Origin: Octopus sinensis
Lineage: Eukaryota
Reading direction: 5' to 3'
DNA: 64,000 nt
Assembly: GCF_006345805.1 (NCBI RefSeq)
Contig: NC_043009.1
Location: 13,888,001-13,952,000, forward strand
A program made the position numbers and the translations under genes. Positions 13,610 through 27,221 of the stretch are shown in pieces. A model generated the notes under the pieces. The model was not told the origin of the DNA, made no database searches, and worked only from the letters and a program-made list of their open reading frames with translations. Within the stretch, counting starts at the first letter, position 1, and every line of letters starts with the position of its first letter.

Positions 13610-13920
13610 GAAGACAGGACTAAGTCAGGCAGAACTAGTCAAAAAGTTCGAATCTTTGTTTTTAACTATACTATATCAGCAGAGTAGTTCGCTGCTCGAT
13701 GCCAAAACAAATACCTTACACAACAGAGCTCAAATTTTGTTACCAAGAAATTTTCTTTAATTCTTCTGGATGTTTCAGTATATGGGGAAGTTTTTATCCA
13801 TTACTGACACTGTCCGTAATGTATAAATTCAAATTGCCTCTATCAGGCTTGGTATATGGGCATCAAGAATATGGAAGTTTGGCCATTCAGAATTTGCCGT
13901 GGAATTGCACAGAGTGAAGT
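13610..13920 (+). pseudogene. Possible Tigger/pogo (CENP-B type) transposase N-terminal remnant
   Basis: Frame-broken KTGLSQAELVKKF ... TVRN ... KLPLSG ... FGHSEF resembles the two HTH domains of pogo-type transposases. Confidence 0.3.
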
Positions 13921-14366
13921 AGTCATTGCAACAACCAAGGACCGAACCATTCAGGAAAAAATAGTGAATTTTAGCTAAATGTAATAGGCTCCAAATTTCT
14001 GAAATATAGAATGTTCTCCGTGTCCTCAGCATGTAATTCACACGTGAATTTATTATTTTAATCGGAAGAGTTGACTTTGTTTGAAACAGATGTAAGTAAT
14101 TGCACAAATCAGAAAGAATGCATCAAGGAAGAAAAAAAACCCTTCATAACCAAATTGCAACCAAGTTTAAATATCTGTAGCAGAATAAGGAAGAAAACAA
14201 CTACCACCAACGCATCTGCAAACTATGCTAAAGTTACCACAACGACTGCTAATACACTAACGATTTCTACAGCCACTAACTGCCCACCTACCGCTGCTGC
14301 TACTTTTGCTAAAAGCCCTAGCTGTAGCCCCTTTCACTATCAGCCACGACGGCTATAGCTGCTGCT

Positions 14367-14697
14367 TTGTTTGTTTCTTTGTTAGTTGAGCGTCTCAGGA
14401 CTGTCTGCAGTCCGAAACGTGGTCCTTTGCTATTCGTAAGACCCGCATCGACAGATGGATGAATGCGCATCCAGGCTCAGCGGTTGCGTAGGAAGTCGGG
14501 GACAAGAAACAGGAAGGAAGAGTGAGAGAAAGTAGGAGCGAAAGAGTACAACAGGGGTCGCCACCGACCCCTGCCGGAGGTTCGTGGAGCTTTAGGTGTT
14601 TTCGCTCAATAAACACACACAACGCCCGGTCTGGAATCGAAACCGCGATCCTCCGACCGCGAGTCCACTGCCCTAACCACTGGGCCATTTCGCCTCC
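14367..14697 (-). mobile_element. SINE A, tail type 1 (internally shortened)
   Basis: A head plus GTCCCCGACTTCCTACGCAACCGCTGAGCCTGGATGCGC...GCAAAGGACCACGTTTCGGAC tail. Imperfect TSD TATAGCTGCTGCT / TACAGCTGTTGCT. Confidence 0.9.
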
Positions 14698-15645
14698 TAC
14701 AGCTGTTGCTACTTCTACCCTCCAACAATCAGAAGGAGGCCAAGCACCAACATAATGGGACAATTTTGAATGATAAATTTAATTTATGATTTTTTCCTTT
14801 TATTCCAGCTCGGCTAAATCAACATCGTGATGCTACGCTATTCAAACACATGGCTTGTTTAGATAGAAATGTTTTAGATAGAAATACAAATACTTCCCTA
14901 CTTTTTTCCTTAGAAACATTCTCCGATCATTTTAACATATATATAAATTAAAATTAAAAATAAAGATTAAATAAAATTGAAAGTTAACATAGTAAAATCA
15001 TAGATTAAAATTATGCAAAATAAATTAAAATAATAAAAGAGACTATATAAAATGTCTAAATATAGGATATGTAAATTATCCTCCACTAACACATAGGATA
15101 CTCTTACTTTGGTTGCAACTATTTTGTTGGTTTCCAATTTGGCACGAATGAAAATATAAACATTATCAGTAGTCATAAATGCATAGACACTACTGTGTAA
15201 CTGCTACCACCGTCTGCGAGATTTTGCGCTTATGGTGATCGAAAAGTATGCTCGCTAATTTTGGGATACGGCCTGTAATATCGGTCGCACAGTAACGAGG
15301 ATGAATTTTAAGAATTTGGAAAGAACACCTTGTTAACTACAGCGTTGCTTCTCGGTGTTCAGCTACAATCAAAGTAATTGGCAAATAATCACAATAGATA
15401 TATATCTGTGTGTGTATAAGTGCGTGCGTGTATGTGTGTGTGTGTGTGTGTGTGTTGTGTTTGTGTGTGTGTGTTTGTGTGTGTGTGTGTTGTCTTCGTG
15501 CAGGTGTTTATTTATGTCCCATAGTAATATGAATTGAAAGTTTTGAAGGAGAATATTTTAGTATTTGTGTATATTTTCTTGGTTCACAGTGAATATCTAT
15601 CTATCAATTTATCTATATAAATACATACATATATACATATGTTAC

Positions 15646-15689
<44 letters not shown>

Positions 15690-15691
15690 CC

Positions 15692-15890
15692 ATGATAGAT
15701 CGTTAGCTACTACACACATACTTTTCTCTCCTTGTTTCTCTCCTTGTTTTTTCTGTGTCCCTTTCTGTAGAAGAGCGTAGGCTCGAAACGTATAAAAGTC
15801 TTTTTCTATTCCTGAGCGTTATACTAATACATCTGTTTGTTTTGTACACCACCTGTCTTCGTCTTTTATTTTTTTCGTAAACTCTCCCTA
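15692..15890 (+). mobile_element. PLE-type terminal-repeat module, family E
   Basis: Homologous to 62683-62880 (minus) and 3158-3225. (TA)n on both sides. Confidence 0.7.
15761..15798 (+). ncRNA. Hammerhead-like motif, family E (A6U core)
   Basis: CUUU CUGUAGA A GAGC GUAG GCUC GAAAC GUA (U)AAAAG. Confidence 0.45.
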
Positions 15891-16150
15891 TATATATATA
15901 TATATATAATATATATATATATCTTCAAACCAACCGATGACCAGCACCAAAGAGAGATAACCCCTACTGTTTATATCTGTATTGTTTCCCCCTCTATATT
16001 TTAAAGAGTCCATAGGCCTTAAGGTGCTAGGGTATGAAGAGAAACCCGGAGTAACCCTATAAACCGGCCTTCGCCAGTAATTAATATAGACTGCTCTACT
16101 TCTTAGAGAGGGGTTCTCCGGATTTATGTTTTTCTAAAATCACGATATAT

Positions 16151-16200
<50 letters not shown>

Positions 16201-16217
16201 ATTATATATATATATAT

Positions 16218-16510
16218 ACTCTTTTACTCTTTTACTCTTTTACTTGTTTCAGTCATTTGACTGCGGCCATGCTGGACCACCGCCTTTAATCGAGCAAATC
16301 GACCCCGGGACTTATTCTTTTGTAAGCCCAGTACTTATTCTATCGGTCTCTTTTGCCGAACCGCTAAGTAACGGGGACATAAACACACCAGCATCGGTTG
16401 TCAAGCAATGCTAGGGGGACAAACACAGACACACAAACATACACACACACATATATATACATATATACGATGGGCTTCTTTCAGTTTCCGTCAACCAAAT
16501 CCACTCACAT
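16218..16510 (-). mobile_element. SINE C, 5'-truncated
   Basis: Reverse complement of the C body with (GTAAAAGA)n tail next to (TA)n. Confidence 0.88.
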
Positions 16511-16514
16511 TCTC

Positions 16515-16700
16515 TAGTATGAAAGGTCCCAACATTGCCATCACGATACAGGACCAGGTACTGTAGCAGTTTGGGTTTGAAGGGCCCACAGCTTTTCAAT
16601 ATCCTCCCACAATGCCTGAATGACCTACACGGCGTGGATATAGGCTTTTCAAAAGAAGATTAATTCTCCTTCTCTTGAGAGTTCCGGATGAAGCTACCTC
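16515..16700 (+). mobile_element. LINE (CR1/L2 group) ORF2 extreme C-terminus remnant
   Basis: SSLGLKGPQLFNILPQCLNDLHGVDIGF/KRRLILLLLRVPDE fits the GP.LFN.LP...FK..LD..L..VPD ending of this LINE group. Confidence 0.6.
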
Positions 16701-18082
16701 TATACAGAGAAAGAGAGAGAGAAAGATAATTACCTGATCTTCTCAGATGATAGCCATCTTACATGTTACATTTGACCCGATTGCTCTTATCGACCTTCAG
16801 TACTTACGCATATAGAATTGAAATGATGGTGAGATGTCTGAATGTCATGGGTTTTAAGGGACAGCAGCGTATACAACACTTTTGCCACTCTCTTGTTCTC
16901 CATAGTAGATTTCAGGGACAATCATTGGATCATGACTGATATTATTTTGACCTCAAGTTCTATTTCAAAAGCTTTCTCCTCAACTGCTGGAGAATTTGTC
17001 TTAGGGGAGCTTTCTCTACTGCTGGGTAATCTGTCTATATCCTTAGGTGGGACCCTGACAGGTTTTACCGTACGGAATCAAAACGGACCTGGCAGTTATG
17101 GTAATTAAGGAGTGACTCCACGCTCCCCAGATTTCCAGAACACCAGAATAGTTTTATACGCAATTCACACACACACACACACACACACTCATACATATAT
17201 AAATCAAGCTTCGGCACTACTAACATCTATCGTCAACACCAACCCAACCAGCCAGTTCCTAAGCTGTTCCTTTTAAAATAAAAGACATTCATGTATGATA
17301 ACGAAGTTTCTTGCTGTGATTGATTAACGAATGAAATTACTCTAATCTTAGGTGAATGAGCTTTAGCTAAACAGTAACTAGAAAAAAAGAATAAACACGA
17401 AAGTTTGACTATCAACACTATTAACACTACCCACACCATCACCAGCGCCAAAACCAACATAGCCAACAGCACTACCAAACTGTAACAATTCTAAACCATA
17501 ACAATAATATTCTTATAAAACAGAGTTATGTTTTTCTTTTAAACATTTGACCCATTAAATACTTTTCAAAATTTAAAGGAAAAAAAGAGAGAATTTCATA
17601 AAAAAATATAATAATAAGAGAGAAATATATTTGAATAAATTCCCTCCTATCGAGACACGAAGCCGGAGTGGGAATTTTCATGGTAAAATATGACTTTTAT
17701 GCTATTCACAGCAAGCTGGCCAAACTTCAAGTGATATATGTACATATATATTCAATTGAAAGGCATTTATCATTTTGAAGAACTATTTTGCAAATAAAAA
17801 TTTATCAACAATCAGCCGCGCGTTGTGGATCTTTGCGGGAGCTTTTTGAAATTTGCAATGAAATTTTTGCAGGAAATGTCTACTGAATAATCAGGATCAA
17901 AAAATTATAATTTGTACTCGTGGTTAGAATTGATATATTTCAGCATCCCCTCACAAAATAAATTTCCCTCATAAATACAAAGAAAGTCGAAAACTTAAAA
18001 AACAATTTTCATTAAATAGCGTTCTCACAGGTTTCTGATCACTACAACATGCATGTTATTTTTGGGGATTTTTATGCATGCG

Positions 18083-18114
<32 letters not shown>

Positions 18115-18134
18115 CATACATACGTGTTTGTAAG

Positions 18135-18270
18135 TGTGAAAAGGAACACACGAGTTGGTATATATGGAAAAAACATTTCAGTACCAGTTTCAGTCATTGA
18201 GACTTTTTCAACTGTAAGTATGGGAAACAATTAAATATTGGAAAAATTAAAAGAAAAGTTTTTTTTAAAG
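18135..18270 (-). mobile_element. PLE-type terminal-repeat module, family G
   Basis: Homologous to 52925-53094 (TGAAAAGGAACACACGAGTTG...CATTTCAGTACC.GTTTCAGTCATTGAGAC...AAAATTAAAAGAAAAGTT). Confidence 0.7.
18179..18214 (-). ncRNA. Minimal hammerhead motif, family G, U3-A8 variant
   Basis: CAG UUGAAAA AGUC UCAAU GACU GAAAC UG GUA CUG. Confidence 0.5.
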
Positions 18271-18319
18271 ACTATTTGCATAGTGTTCAAATGCAAGTGG
18301 CATTTTCCTTGTTTCTGTC

Positions 18320-18364
<45 letters not shown>

Positions 18365-18409
18365 TGTTTACTCTTGTGGTTTCGAGGTCGCTGTGAATTC
18401 TTGGTAGGG

Positions 18410-18505
18410 AAGAAGAAGAAGAAGAAGAAGAAGAAGAAGAAAAAGAAGAAGAAGAAGAAGAAGAAGAAAAGAAGAAGAAGAAGAAGAAGAAGAAGAAGAA
18501 AAGAA
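18410..18505. repeat. (GAA)n microsatellite
   Basis: Direct reading. Confidence 0.95.
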
Positions 18506-18837
18506 GGGAAAATAAGAAGGGATGTAGGTAGTATGATAGTAGTAAGGTGTTAAATGGACAAGTGACATAAAATAGGCTCGTTATGGATTATAGCAGTGAT
18601 TGCGACTGTTTTTTAATGAATTCTTGGGAATCTCTTGATTTTATCATTTTTAATATTTGCGTGTGTATTTGTGTTGTTCTAAGGCCGTGGTGGATATGTC
18701 GTTTGCGGTAGACGCGTTCTCTATTTTGTAATAAAGAGAGTCTCTTTACTAATTCGTTGGCTACGGGCTACAGAATTAGTAAAGAGACTTAACCAATGTG
18801 TGTGGTTAAGCTGAAATTTCGCTTGTCATTAGGTAAA

Positions 18838-18918
<81 letters not shown>

Positions 18919-19216
18919 CAAAATAGGACAAGAACGCAAAACATCCAGATAGGTAGGTGATACAAAAAAGGGACAACAAAACATCCAAAGACGATACAAA
19001 GAAAACAATGTCGGATCATTCGTAGTTTTCTTTCTTCAGTCAAGTTCCAGATTAATTTGCAATTTCGGCTGGTTATTTGCTCCAATCTGGCCAGCCCCAA
19101 GGAAAAACTAAGCTAAGAGCATTAGATTCCTTGGAAGAAAGCAGTGAATTTATGCTATTAAGTTAGACATGGCCTGGACCAATCTTTGGTCGAAACTATC
19201 TAAGTTTATCTAAGTT

Positions 19217-19329
<113 letters not shown>

Positions 19330-19344
19330 ATGTGTGAATGTATA

Positions 19345-19401
<57 letters not shown>

Positions 19402-20092
19402 ATATATATATGTGTGTGTGTGTGTATACACACACACATATATATTCATACATACAACTGTATGAATTTGTATATTTAAATATCTGGATGTATATGTACG
19501 TTTGTTTCTCAGCATACATACAGCGTGTGTGTCTGGAGATAGTGGGAGAGAGAGAGAGAGATGTAAGAACGAGTTCACAATAAATATGGGTCAGTAATTT
19601 TAATCGTATGTATGTTGTATCCCTACCCACCAGTATCCAGCTGTGTTGACTACACACAACTGTTAAAAAATATTAATTCCTTAATCTGGGTAGTAACTTA
19701 CGATGTTCCTAAGTTGCCCATTTTATGCGACCCTCTGGTAACATTTAATCATTTGTCTACCTCCCTTTCTTATTTTTTAAGTGTCATTCATCCACATAAT
19801 ACTAAATTTAGCCTTCCACACTCTGAAGATCTGGCAACACATTTGGGTTATGCAATTTATATTATATAATTAGATACGCTTTGTAACTGAAACTTGCGTA
19901 ATGTTGTGTAACTGAATATTTTATAAACGACATCTTTGTTTTGTTTTGTTCTGTACAGATTGATAGGTATATAGACAGTTAGACAGGCAGACAAATAGAA
20001 AAGCAGATAGAGAAAAAGACAGACAGACAGACAGACAGGAAGGCGGGCGGGCAGACAGACATATTGATAGATAGATAGATAGATAGATAGGT

Positions 20093-20176
<84 letters not shown>

Positions 20177-20178
<2 letters not shown>

Positions 20179-20927
20179 GTTTATTTATTAGCCACATAGA
20201 CGGGACATATTACAAGGGAGAGCTTTTCTTTTTGAGGATAAAAAAAAGGAGGTTTGGTTTTCGATCAAAAGGGATCGTAAAAGGAAAGAAAGAGGAAAGC
20301 AAAAAAAAAGGGAGGGAATAAAAATAAAAGGAAAAAGAAAAAATTATCAATAGGGATCGTTATCACAGAAATGTCAATATAAAGAGTAAAAGAGAGGACA
20401 GGTGAGCTTTACCCGTGGAAAGAAAAGCCTACGGAAAAGACACGGTAACCTCGGTCAATGAAGTCACATGTTTATTTTTTTTTTGCAAATAAGCAACACT
20501 CTGTATTAATTTTTACGGTTCATAGAATCATAGTCGAGGTGGCTTCGTCATTCATACGTGCCATCCTTGCTACATTCACCCATCTTTTTTTAAAACATTC
20601 ACTAGACAAAATTTGCCTCTCTACTCTCACTTTCCTTTTCAAGTGATACTTGAAGAAGTTGATGAGAGATTGACCAGAGAGGAATGTTTGTCTTTAATCC
20701 TTTCAGGCGCGTCCACCAGATACACTCTTTCGCCATAGCCACAAGTATGATGAAAATAGCTCTTCCTTCCCGTTTGAAGGAAGGAAGCGGGACGATATTA
20801 ACGATAGACTCGGCTGATAAACCGACACGTCCCACACGAGACAGCAGTCGTTCGACATAACCCCACAAGTCGGAGATTGTTGGACACTGCACGATTGCAT
20901 GCAGAGCGGTTTCGTCGCTCTGACCGC
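20177..20927 (-). mobile_element. 5'-truncated L1/Tx1-type LINE: zinc-knuckle C-terminus, 3' UTR and AATAAA
   Basis: CGQSDETALHAIVQCPTISDLWGYVERLL...LVAMAKECIWWTR...FFKYHLKRKVRVERQIL..CFKKRWVNVAR. AATAAA just before a (TATC)n tract. (GATA)n on both flanks. Confidence 0.85.
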
Positions 20928-20929
20928 AT

Positions 20930-21013
<84 letters not shown>

Positions 21014-23273
21014 CAACTTGATAGATTGATAGATGAAGTGTATATGTGTTTTGATGTGCTGAAGCCATAAAGCAATTATTTGGTGGTTTCTCTAAATTCG
21101 AGAACAATTTTATTTTTCTTGAGTTTATCGCAAAAAAAGTATCCATATCTTACTTTTGCAATTCTCTTTTCTTTTGTAATATTAACCGTGCGTAAAAGAT
21201 GAAGGTATATATATAAAATATACATATATATATATATATATTATCGTGTGTAAAATTGTGTGCAACGTATTTTATGTATTACATATATAATGTATGTATG
21301 TGTGGTGGGTAGGTTTTGTGTGTGTATGCTTCTTGTGAGGTGTATTTCAATACATATGATTCGATGCACGCAGGCATATGGTTAATGGTGTGTAATGCGA
21401 TACATGTTGTAATGGTATGCGTATTATGTCTGTATGTAATACAAGTATTACTTGTATATCTGTGTGTTTTAGGATGAACTTGTCTGTAACATATAGCATT
21501 AGTGTGCATCATATGTATTTGCATTTGTGACGTTTCTTCGTCCGCCAGCGCTAAAATCCAACAGACCGCATATGCATACGAAGCTACACTAGACGTACAC
21601 AACTAATTATGCACATGCCTTATGTGTATCCTTTGTTGATTTTGTTTTTATACTCAGTTTACCATTGTTTAAACACCTCCTAGTATTCTTCCTTTCATCT
21701 TTCGTTTCCTTCCCTTCTTATCCTTTCTTTCATCTCTCTTCTATTTCTTCTCCTTAACTTATTTGCTTTCTATGTAATCTTCATTAGCAGAGTTCACATC
21801 AGAAGGTCAACCGAATATTCAACGCCCTTTCAATCCAGCAGGCAAGATGCATTTCAGTTGTTACGTAACTTTGATCTTTCATTTACTAAAGGAAGTAATT
21901 AATAATACAGGCCTTAATCAAAATTTACTTGTGATGTTTTCAAGTCGTCGAAGGCATGTCCTATGTAGCCATGTAAGAAATTAACTTAAAAGCTCATTAA
22001 ATGGATATGGCTTAATTCTTTCGTTTTAATTTCATTCTAAATCCTTTCAAAGTCTATCTACGTCAGTATTCTAAATATCATTAAAATGGTTGTTTAATGA
22101 TGTTATTTCCGCTTGTAGAAGATGACCTTCAATGATAATTAGCGCTATATATGTTCGTGTTTGTGTGTGTATGTGTATAGTGTCTGTGTGCGTGTGTGTG
22201 TGTGTGTGTGTGTTCATTTATATATGCATGCATCTATAAGGTAAAAATAATAGATTATAAAAACTAGCGATATAGAAAACAAAGAGAGAACAAAGTGTAA
22301 TTGATAACGTAGAAGAAGTGGCATACTTAAATGTATCTTACTTAAATGTAAATCCTTTGTTGAAAGAAAAAATTGCTGAGGCACCCGTCCCCAGTGAACA
22401 ACTTGTATGAAAATGCTATCGTTACGAATGTATTTTCCTTGGGAAGGAGAGAAAAAAAATAGTGGTTTCTTTGGGCATGTAAATTCGAACCTGAATCTAT
22501 GGAATTCCCCTTTAAGTTACAACGGCGTTTTCTCACAGGAAAACAAACGTTGACACCAGTTACATTGAACACATGGTCTTGCCAAGCCGGTTTATGTCTT
22601 TTCCACTTGACCAGTTTGACCTCTTCTATACCACAAAAAACTGGAAATTGATAAGAATCACCTACTGCAGTCTTCCCCCATTGTTCTCTGAGTTACGTCT
22701 CTTTTTTCTCGCTGTTCTGCGATAATTATAAATACTAAGATCCCGTAAGGATGAGTTAGTTGGTGAGACATCAGAGACATCAGCCATTATATCTCTGAGA
22801 CATCAGCCATTATGATACTCTCGGTAGCTCATAATTCCATGGCAAATGTCATTTTATCTTTCGCCGCTGCTGCCTAATTGACAGGGAGCGCGAAAGTATC
22901 ATTCTGTCTTCTTTCTTCCTCCCTGTCACTCTGGCACCCTTTAAAAGCAACGTAAACACAGCACAAGATAAAAGGAGTTACCTCCATTTTGTTTTGATCG
23001 TTTTTTTGAGGATCTGGGATGATCCTCAAATTGACGACTTCGATCTCCAACACTGGATTTTCAACCAATAAGGACTGACACACTCAAATATCTTTATAAC
23101 AGCTATGCGCTTTGCACTCTAATGTTTTGTGGCGGCTTGTGCCGTGGGCTGAAATATATTATAACAGATTCGTGCTGTCTTTCATGTGAGTTTTGATATT
23201 TCTTTCTGAATATATAACTGAATTATTACGAACTTGTTTGTTACATTTGCTGTTTTCCTTTCCTCTAAATCAT

Positions 23274-23323
<50 letters not shown>

Positions 23324-23359
23324 TATATATATATTAGAGAGAGATGATATATATATATA

Positions 23360-23484
<125 letters not shown>

Positions 23485-24564
23485 GAGAGATGAAAATTGT
23501 TCCAGCCGCGGCTAGCAAGAACACCAGATGCTTTTCAGCCTCGTTAAGCCTTGTCACTAGCATATACTTACACTCACCCAAATGGTTAGATATAAATTGT
23601 CACCTACAGTACGTAGGATGACAGTAAAATTCATTGCCTTATCCTTAGGTGAAGATATGTAAGGTGGCCATCACTAAAACCTGGTCGAATAAATCAGCGG
23701 ATGCAAAGAGAGAAATAAAGAAACTCTTTAAAGAAACAACTTCTCGTATCGCCATACAAGGAAGATTCGTGAAAGTTACTATAGTTCATACACAACATTT
23801 AATGTCAAATCATTAACCCTTCAAATCTTCCTTACTCTAATCGATACACACAGAATATCATTATAGAAAGCCATTTAACGAATACAATGTTAAATAACAC
23901 TTTCATCAACAAGATGGAGAATATTTTACCCCATACAACCACTGAGAAAAATTAGGGCATCACCTTATGTACAAAACCCTCACTGAGAGATAACTCGATA
24001 ATACAACCAGGAATTAAAAACAAACATTTCTAACTAAAACATAAAATGAAAATTATTGTACGATCAAGATCTTAAAAGAATGGAAAGTAAAAGCAATAAG
24101 AAAATGTATATATTTGTGTGTGCGAGCATGCATGTGTGTGTGTGTGTGTCTGTGCGTGTGGCATGCGGCATTATGTTAATTCATTATTCACATTCCCATA
24201 AAATAATAAGTTTTAGTTTTAGTCAATAAAAACTTTCTCCTTGTTTGTTATATTTTTTGACAATATTTTACATATATTTACAATTTTAAATGGTTAACCT
24301 TTGCTTTCACTTACTCTTTTCTCATCTTGTTTTCAAGTCTTTTCAAGTCTTTATACCAGCCATTTCCAATGATCCAAGCTTTTCATGTGTTCTTTAAGCC
24401 GCCGTATTTAATTAAGGATACACAATAAAACAGAGTGCTAGGAAGCGTTCTACGGTTATTACTATTTCTGTGAATACAAATATTTCAATTTATGTTTGAA
24501 TGTTGGGTAAATTATTATGTTTAAACAATGGGTAAGCGTAAAAATGCAGCACCCGGTATATATA

Positions 24565-25399
24565 CAGGGTGAGGTTGGTAAATCGTCGCATTTTATATTT
24601 TAAATTCGCGCATGTGCATTGTTTAGTTTTATTTTCTCCTTTACACAGTATAGTAGGGTCAGTTGGGCACCATCTATGAGAAAAACAGCACCATGACGCA
24701 ATTCACTCTGACAGAAATTTAGAAACGTCCTGCTGTACTGCTTGGCATTCGCGTCGGGAGCTCCAGTACGAACTGATGATGAACACACAAAACAACCGTT
24801 GGCTTGCAGTGTCCCAAAAACATATAATGAGTGATAAAAATCAGACATCCAGTCAACATCATGGTGTTTCAAGTGAACATTAGTGATGGCGACGTTATAC
24901 CTCCATTAATCTTCCCACGCGGCCTCAGACTCAACATGGAGGTCTACCTCAAGTGCCTGGAGGAAGTAGAGCTACTCTGGGTCAAGATGCTGGCTGCTGG
25001 AAGACCCTGTCTGTGGCAAGAGTACTTTGCACCATGCCACACAAGCAAGAGAACCACATCACATCTAATATCTGGCCACCTAACTCCCCAGACTGCAACC
25101 CGTTGATTATATGTAGGGCGCAGTTGATTGAGAGACAAACAAAAATGCTTGTAACACCAAACATGAACTGAATACAGCATTCACCAAATTAAACAAGTAT
25201 TACCGTCCAGAAGTGTTGCAGAAGATCACCAAGTCGTTTGGAGGCCGTGGTTGAAACCAATGGCGATTTTATTGCATAAATTTACTCTTTAGTATTTCAA
25301 AATAATTTTAAGTAATTTTAGTAAATACATCTATCAGAACGAGATATCTGTGTTATTTTTATTTTTGCGTAATTTAGACAATACATCCAGTGCACCCTG
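24565..25399 (+). mobile_element. Internally deleted Tc1/mariner (maT/DDD-type) element with both ends
   Basis: TA|CAGGGTG ... CACCCTG|TA. Remnants HPVNIMVF...DGDVIPPLIFPRGLRLNMEVYLKCLEEV...GRPCLWQEYFAPCHTSK...WPPNSPDCNPL(DY). Confidence 0.88.
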
Positions 25400-25504
25400 T
25401 AGAGACATACATACATACATGCATGCATACATACATAAATACATACATACATACATACATACATACATACATACATACATACATACATACATACATACAT
25501 ACAT

Positions 25505-25547
<43 letters not shown>

Positions 25548-26141
25548 CGCGGGTGTATTTGGAAAGACTTCCTCCCGTCTCAACCCCCATTTTCTTCCCA
25601 ATTTTCTTTCTCCAAAAAACCCCGTTTTCGGATACGGAGATTCCGGAATTTTGCCGAAATTCCGCTTAGCAGACGATTCTCAAGACTAATAACGCAGTAT
25701 TAGAGGTTCTAGCATCGAATTCCGACGTTCATAAAACCTACAAATGTAGGAAATTCTACAATCCAACAGAAATTTATCGAAGGACTGATATACACCAAAA
25801 CACAAACAACGATGTGGTTAAAGTGATAACAACAACAGGAATTTTCACTTCGAACACAGGGTTAACAAATAACACTCTTTGATTAGCACTTAGAATTTTC
25901 TTAAAGAATACACACACCCATTCTCTAGGAATTATACCCCTGTAACAGCGATTTCTCACATTCCCATTAACGGGAGATATATTTTATCAAATTATTACAA
26001 TCATAAAATTCTCGCTGAGTAAATAAATATTGGTCTGATGAGATTCTTTCTCATGACAAGAAACAGTAAAAATGAGTGCGTGTGTGCGCGCACGCAGTGT
26101 GTGTATGTAGTGTATGTGTGTATATGTGTGTATATATATAT

Positions 26142-26181
<40 letters not shown>

Positions 26182-26316
26182 TATATATACATATTTAAAT
26201 ATATATATATTTGTATATATAAGCATATATACATACATAAATATACATACATACAAACATGCATACATATAAATACATGCATACATGCATACATACATAC
26301 ATGCCTATATATAATG

Positions 26317-26351
<35 letters not shown>

Positions 26352-26468
26352 ATATATATAGATACATACATACAATACATAATATCGAAAGAGGGAGGAA
26401 GAGAGAGAGAGAAGAGGGAGAGAGAGGGGGAGAGATAGAGAGAGGGGGAGAGATAGAGAGAAAGAGGG

Positions 26469-26509
<41 letters not shown>

Positions 26510-26711
26510 GAGAGAGGTCCATATACATTTCAGTAATTCAGTTTATTAATGTTTCAGAATTTCTCATGTTTATCGTTCCGCTACTGAGATCATTTCGTCA
26601 AGATTTAACAACCCTGCATGCGTGCCAAATCTCTTCAGCAAAACGCATTAGAATTGCTTTGGCAAAAATCTTAAAATTTTCATTTTCGTCTGAGGATATT
26701 TGGTGGGAGGA

Positions 26712-26749
<38 letters not shown>

Positions 26750-27221
26750 CGTTTTTTCCTATTCTAGTTTCTTACGGTACGGAAAGTCAACTTTCATATC
26801 ATATTCTTGTTATTAGTGTCGTAGTAGTAGTAGTAGTGGTGGTGATGGTGATATTATTGATACTGCTGTTGTTTATGAGTTTCTTGTGGTTTTAATATCA
26901 TTGTTGTTGTTGTTGTTGTTGCTGTTGTTTCATATTTTCACTTAAGTCAATCAAAATAACTTATCTTTTCCAATTTCCATTTCACTGTGATAAAAAAAAA
27001 AAAAAATATTGCAGAAGTCGTATAAAATGGCAGAAAAAGGAAAGAATGAAAACACGAAAAAAAGTAAATTAAAAAAAAAAGATAGGGAAGAAGGAAACTC
27101 AACGAATCTAGAGAAAAATAAAACATTTGACAAGTTTTGTTTTTGAAAAAAGAATTTGGAATATTTTTTAACTCCTGAAAGTGCTATCACTGTTCTTGAT
27201 GATGATTATGATGATGATGGA

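Noticed and set aside
16790-16960. Minus-strand exon candidate ending at GTAAGT
   Set aside because: Reads MIVPEIYYGEQESGK, better explained as a decayed RTE-type LINE C-terminus. No clean acceptor.
19045-19135. Minus-strand GGCTGG/CCAGCC hairpin followed by GAAATTGCAAATT
   Set aside because: The position of the CUGANGA core reads CCUUGG, too far from consensus to call an HHR.
22860-22935. TAATTGACAG and CTGTCA homeodomain/TALE-like sites; also ATGCAAAT at about 53582
   Set aside because: Short motifs expected by chance in AT-rich DNA. No conservation data to support an enhancer call.
26030-26070. CTGATGAG...GAAACAGTA hammerhead-like string after a possible PLE remnant (25560-26030)
   Set aside because: Stem II does not close next to GAAA and there is no stem I. 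At best a decayed relic.
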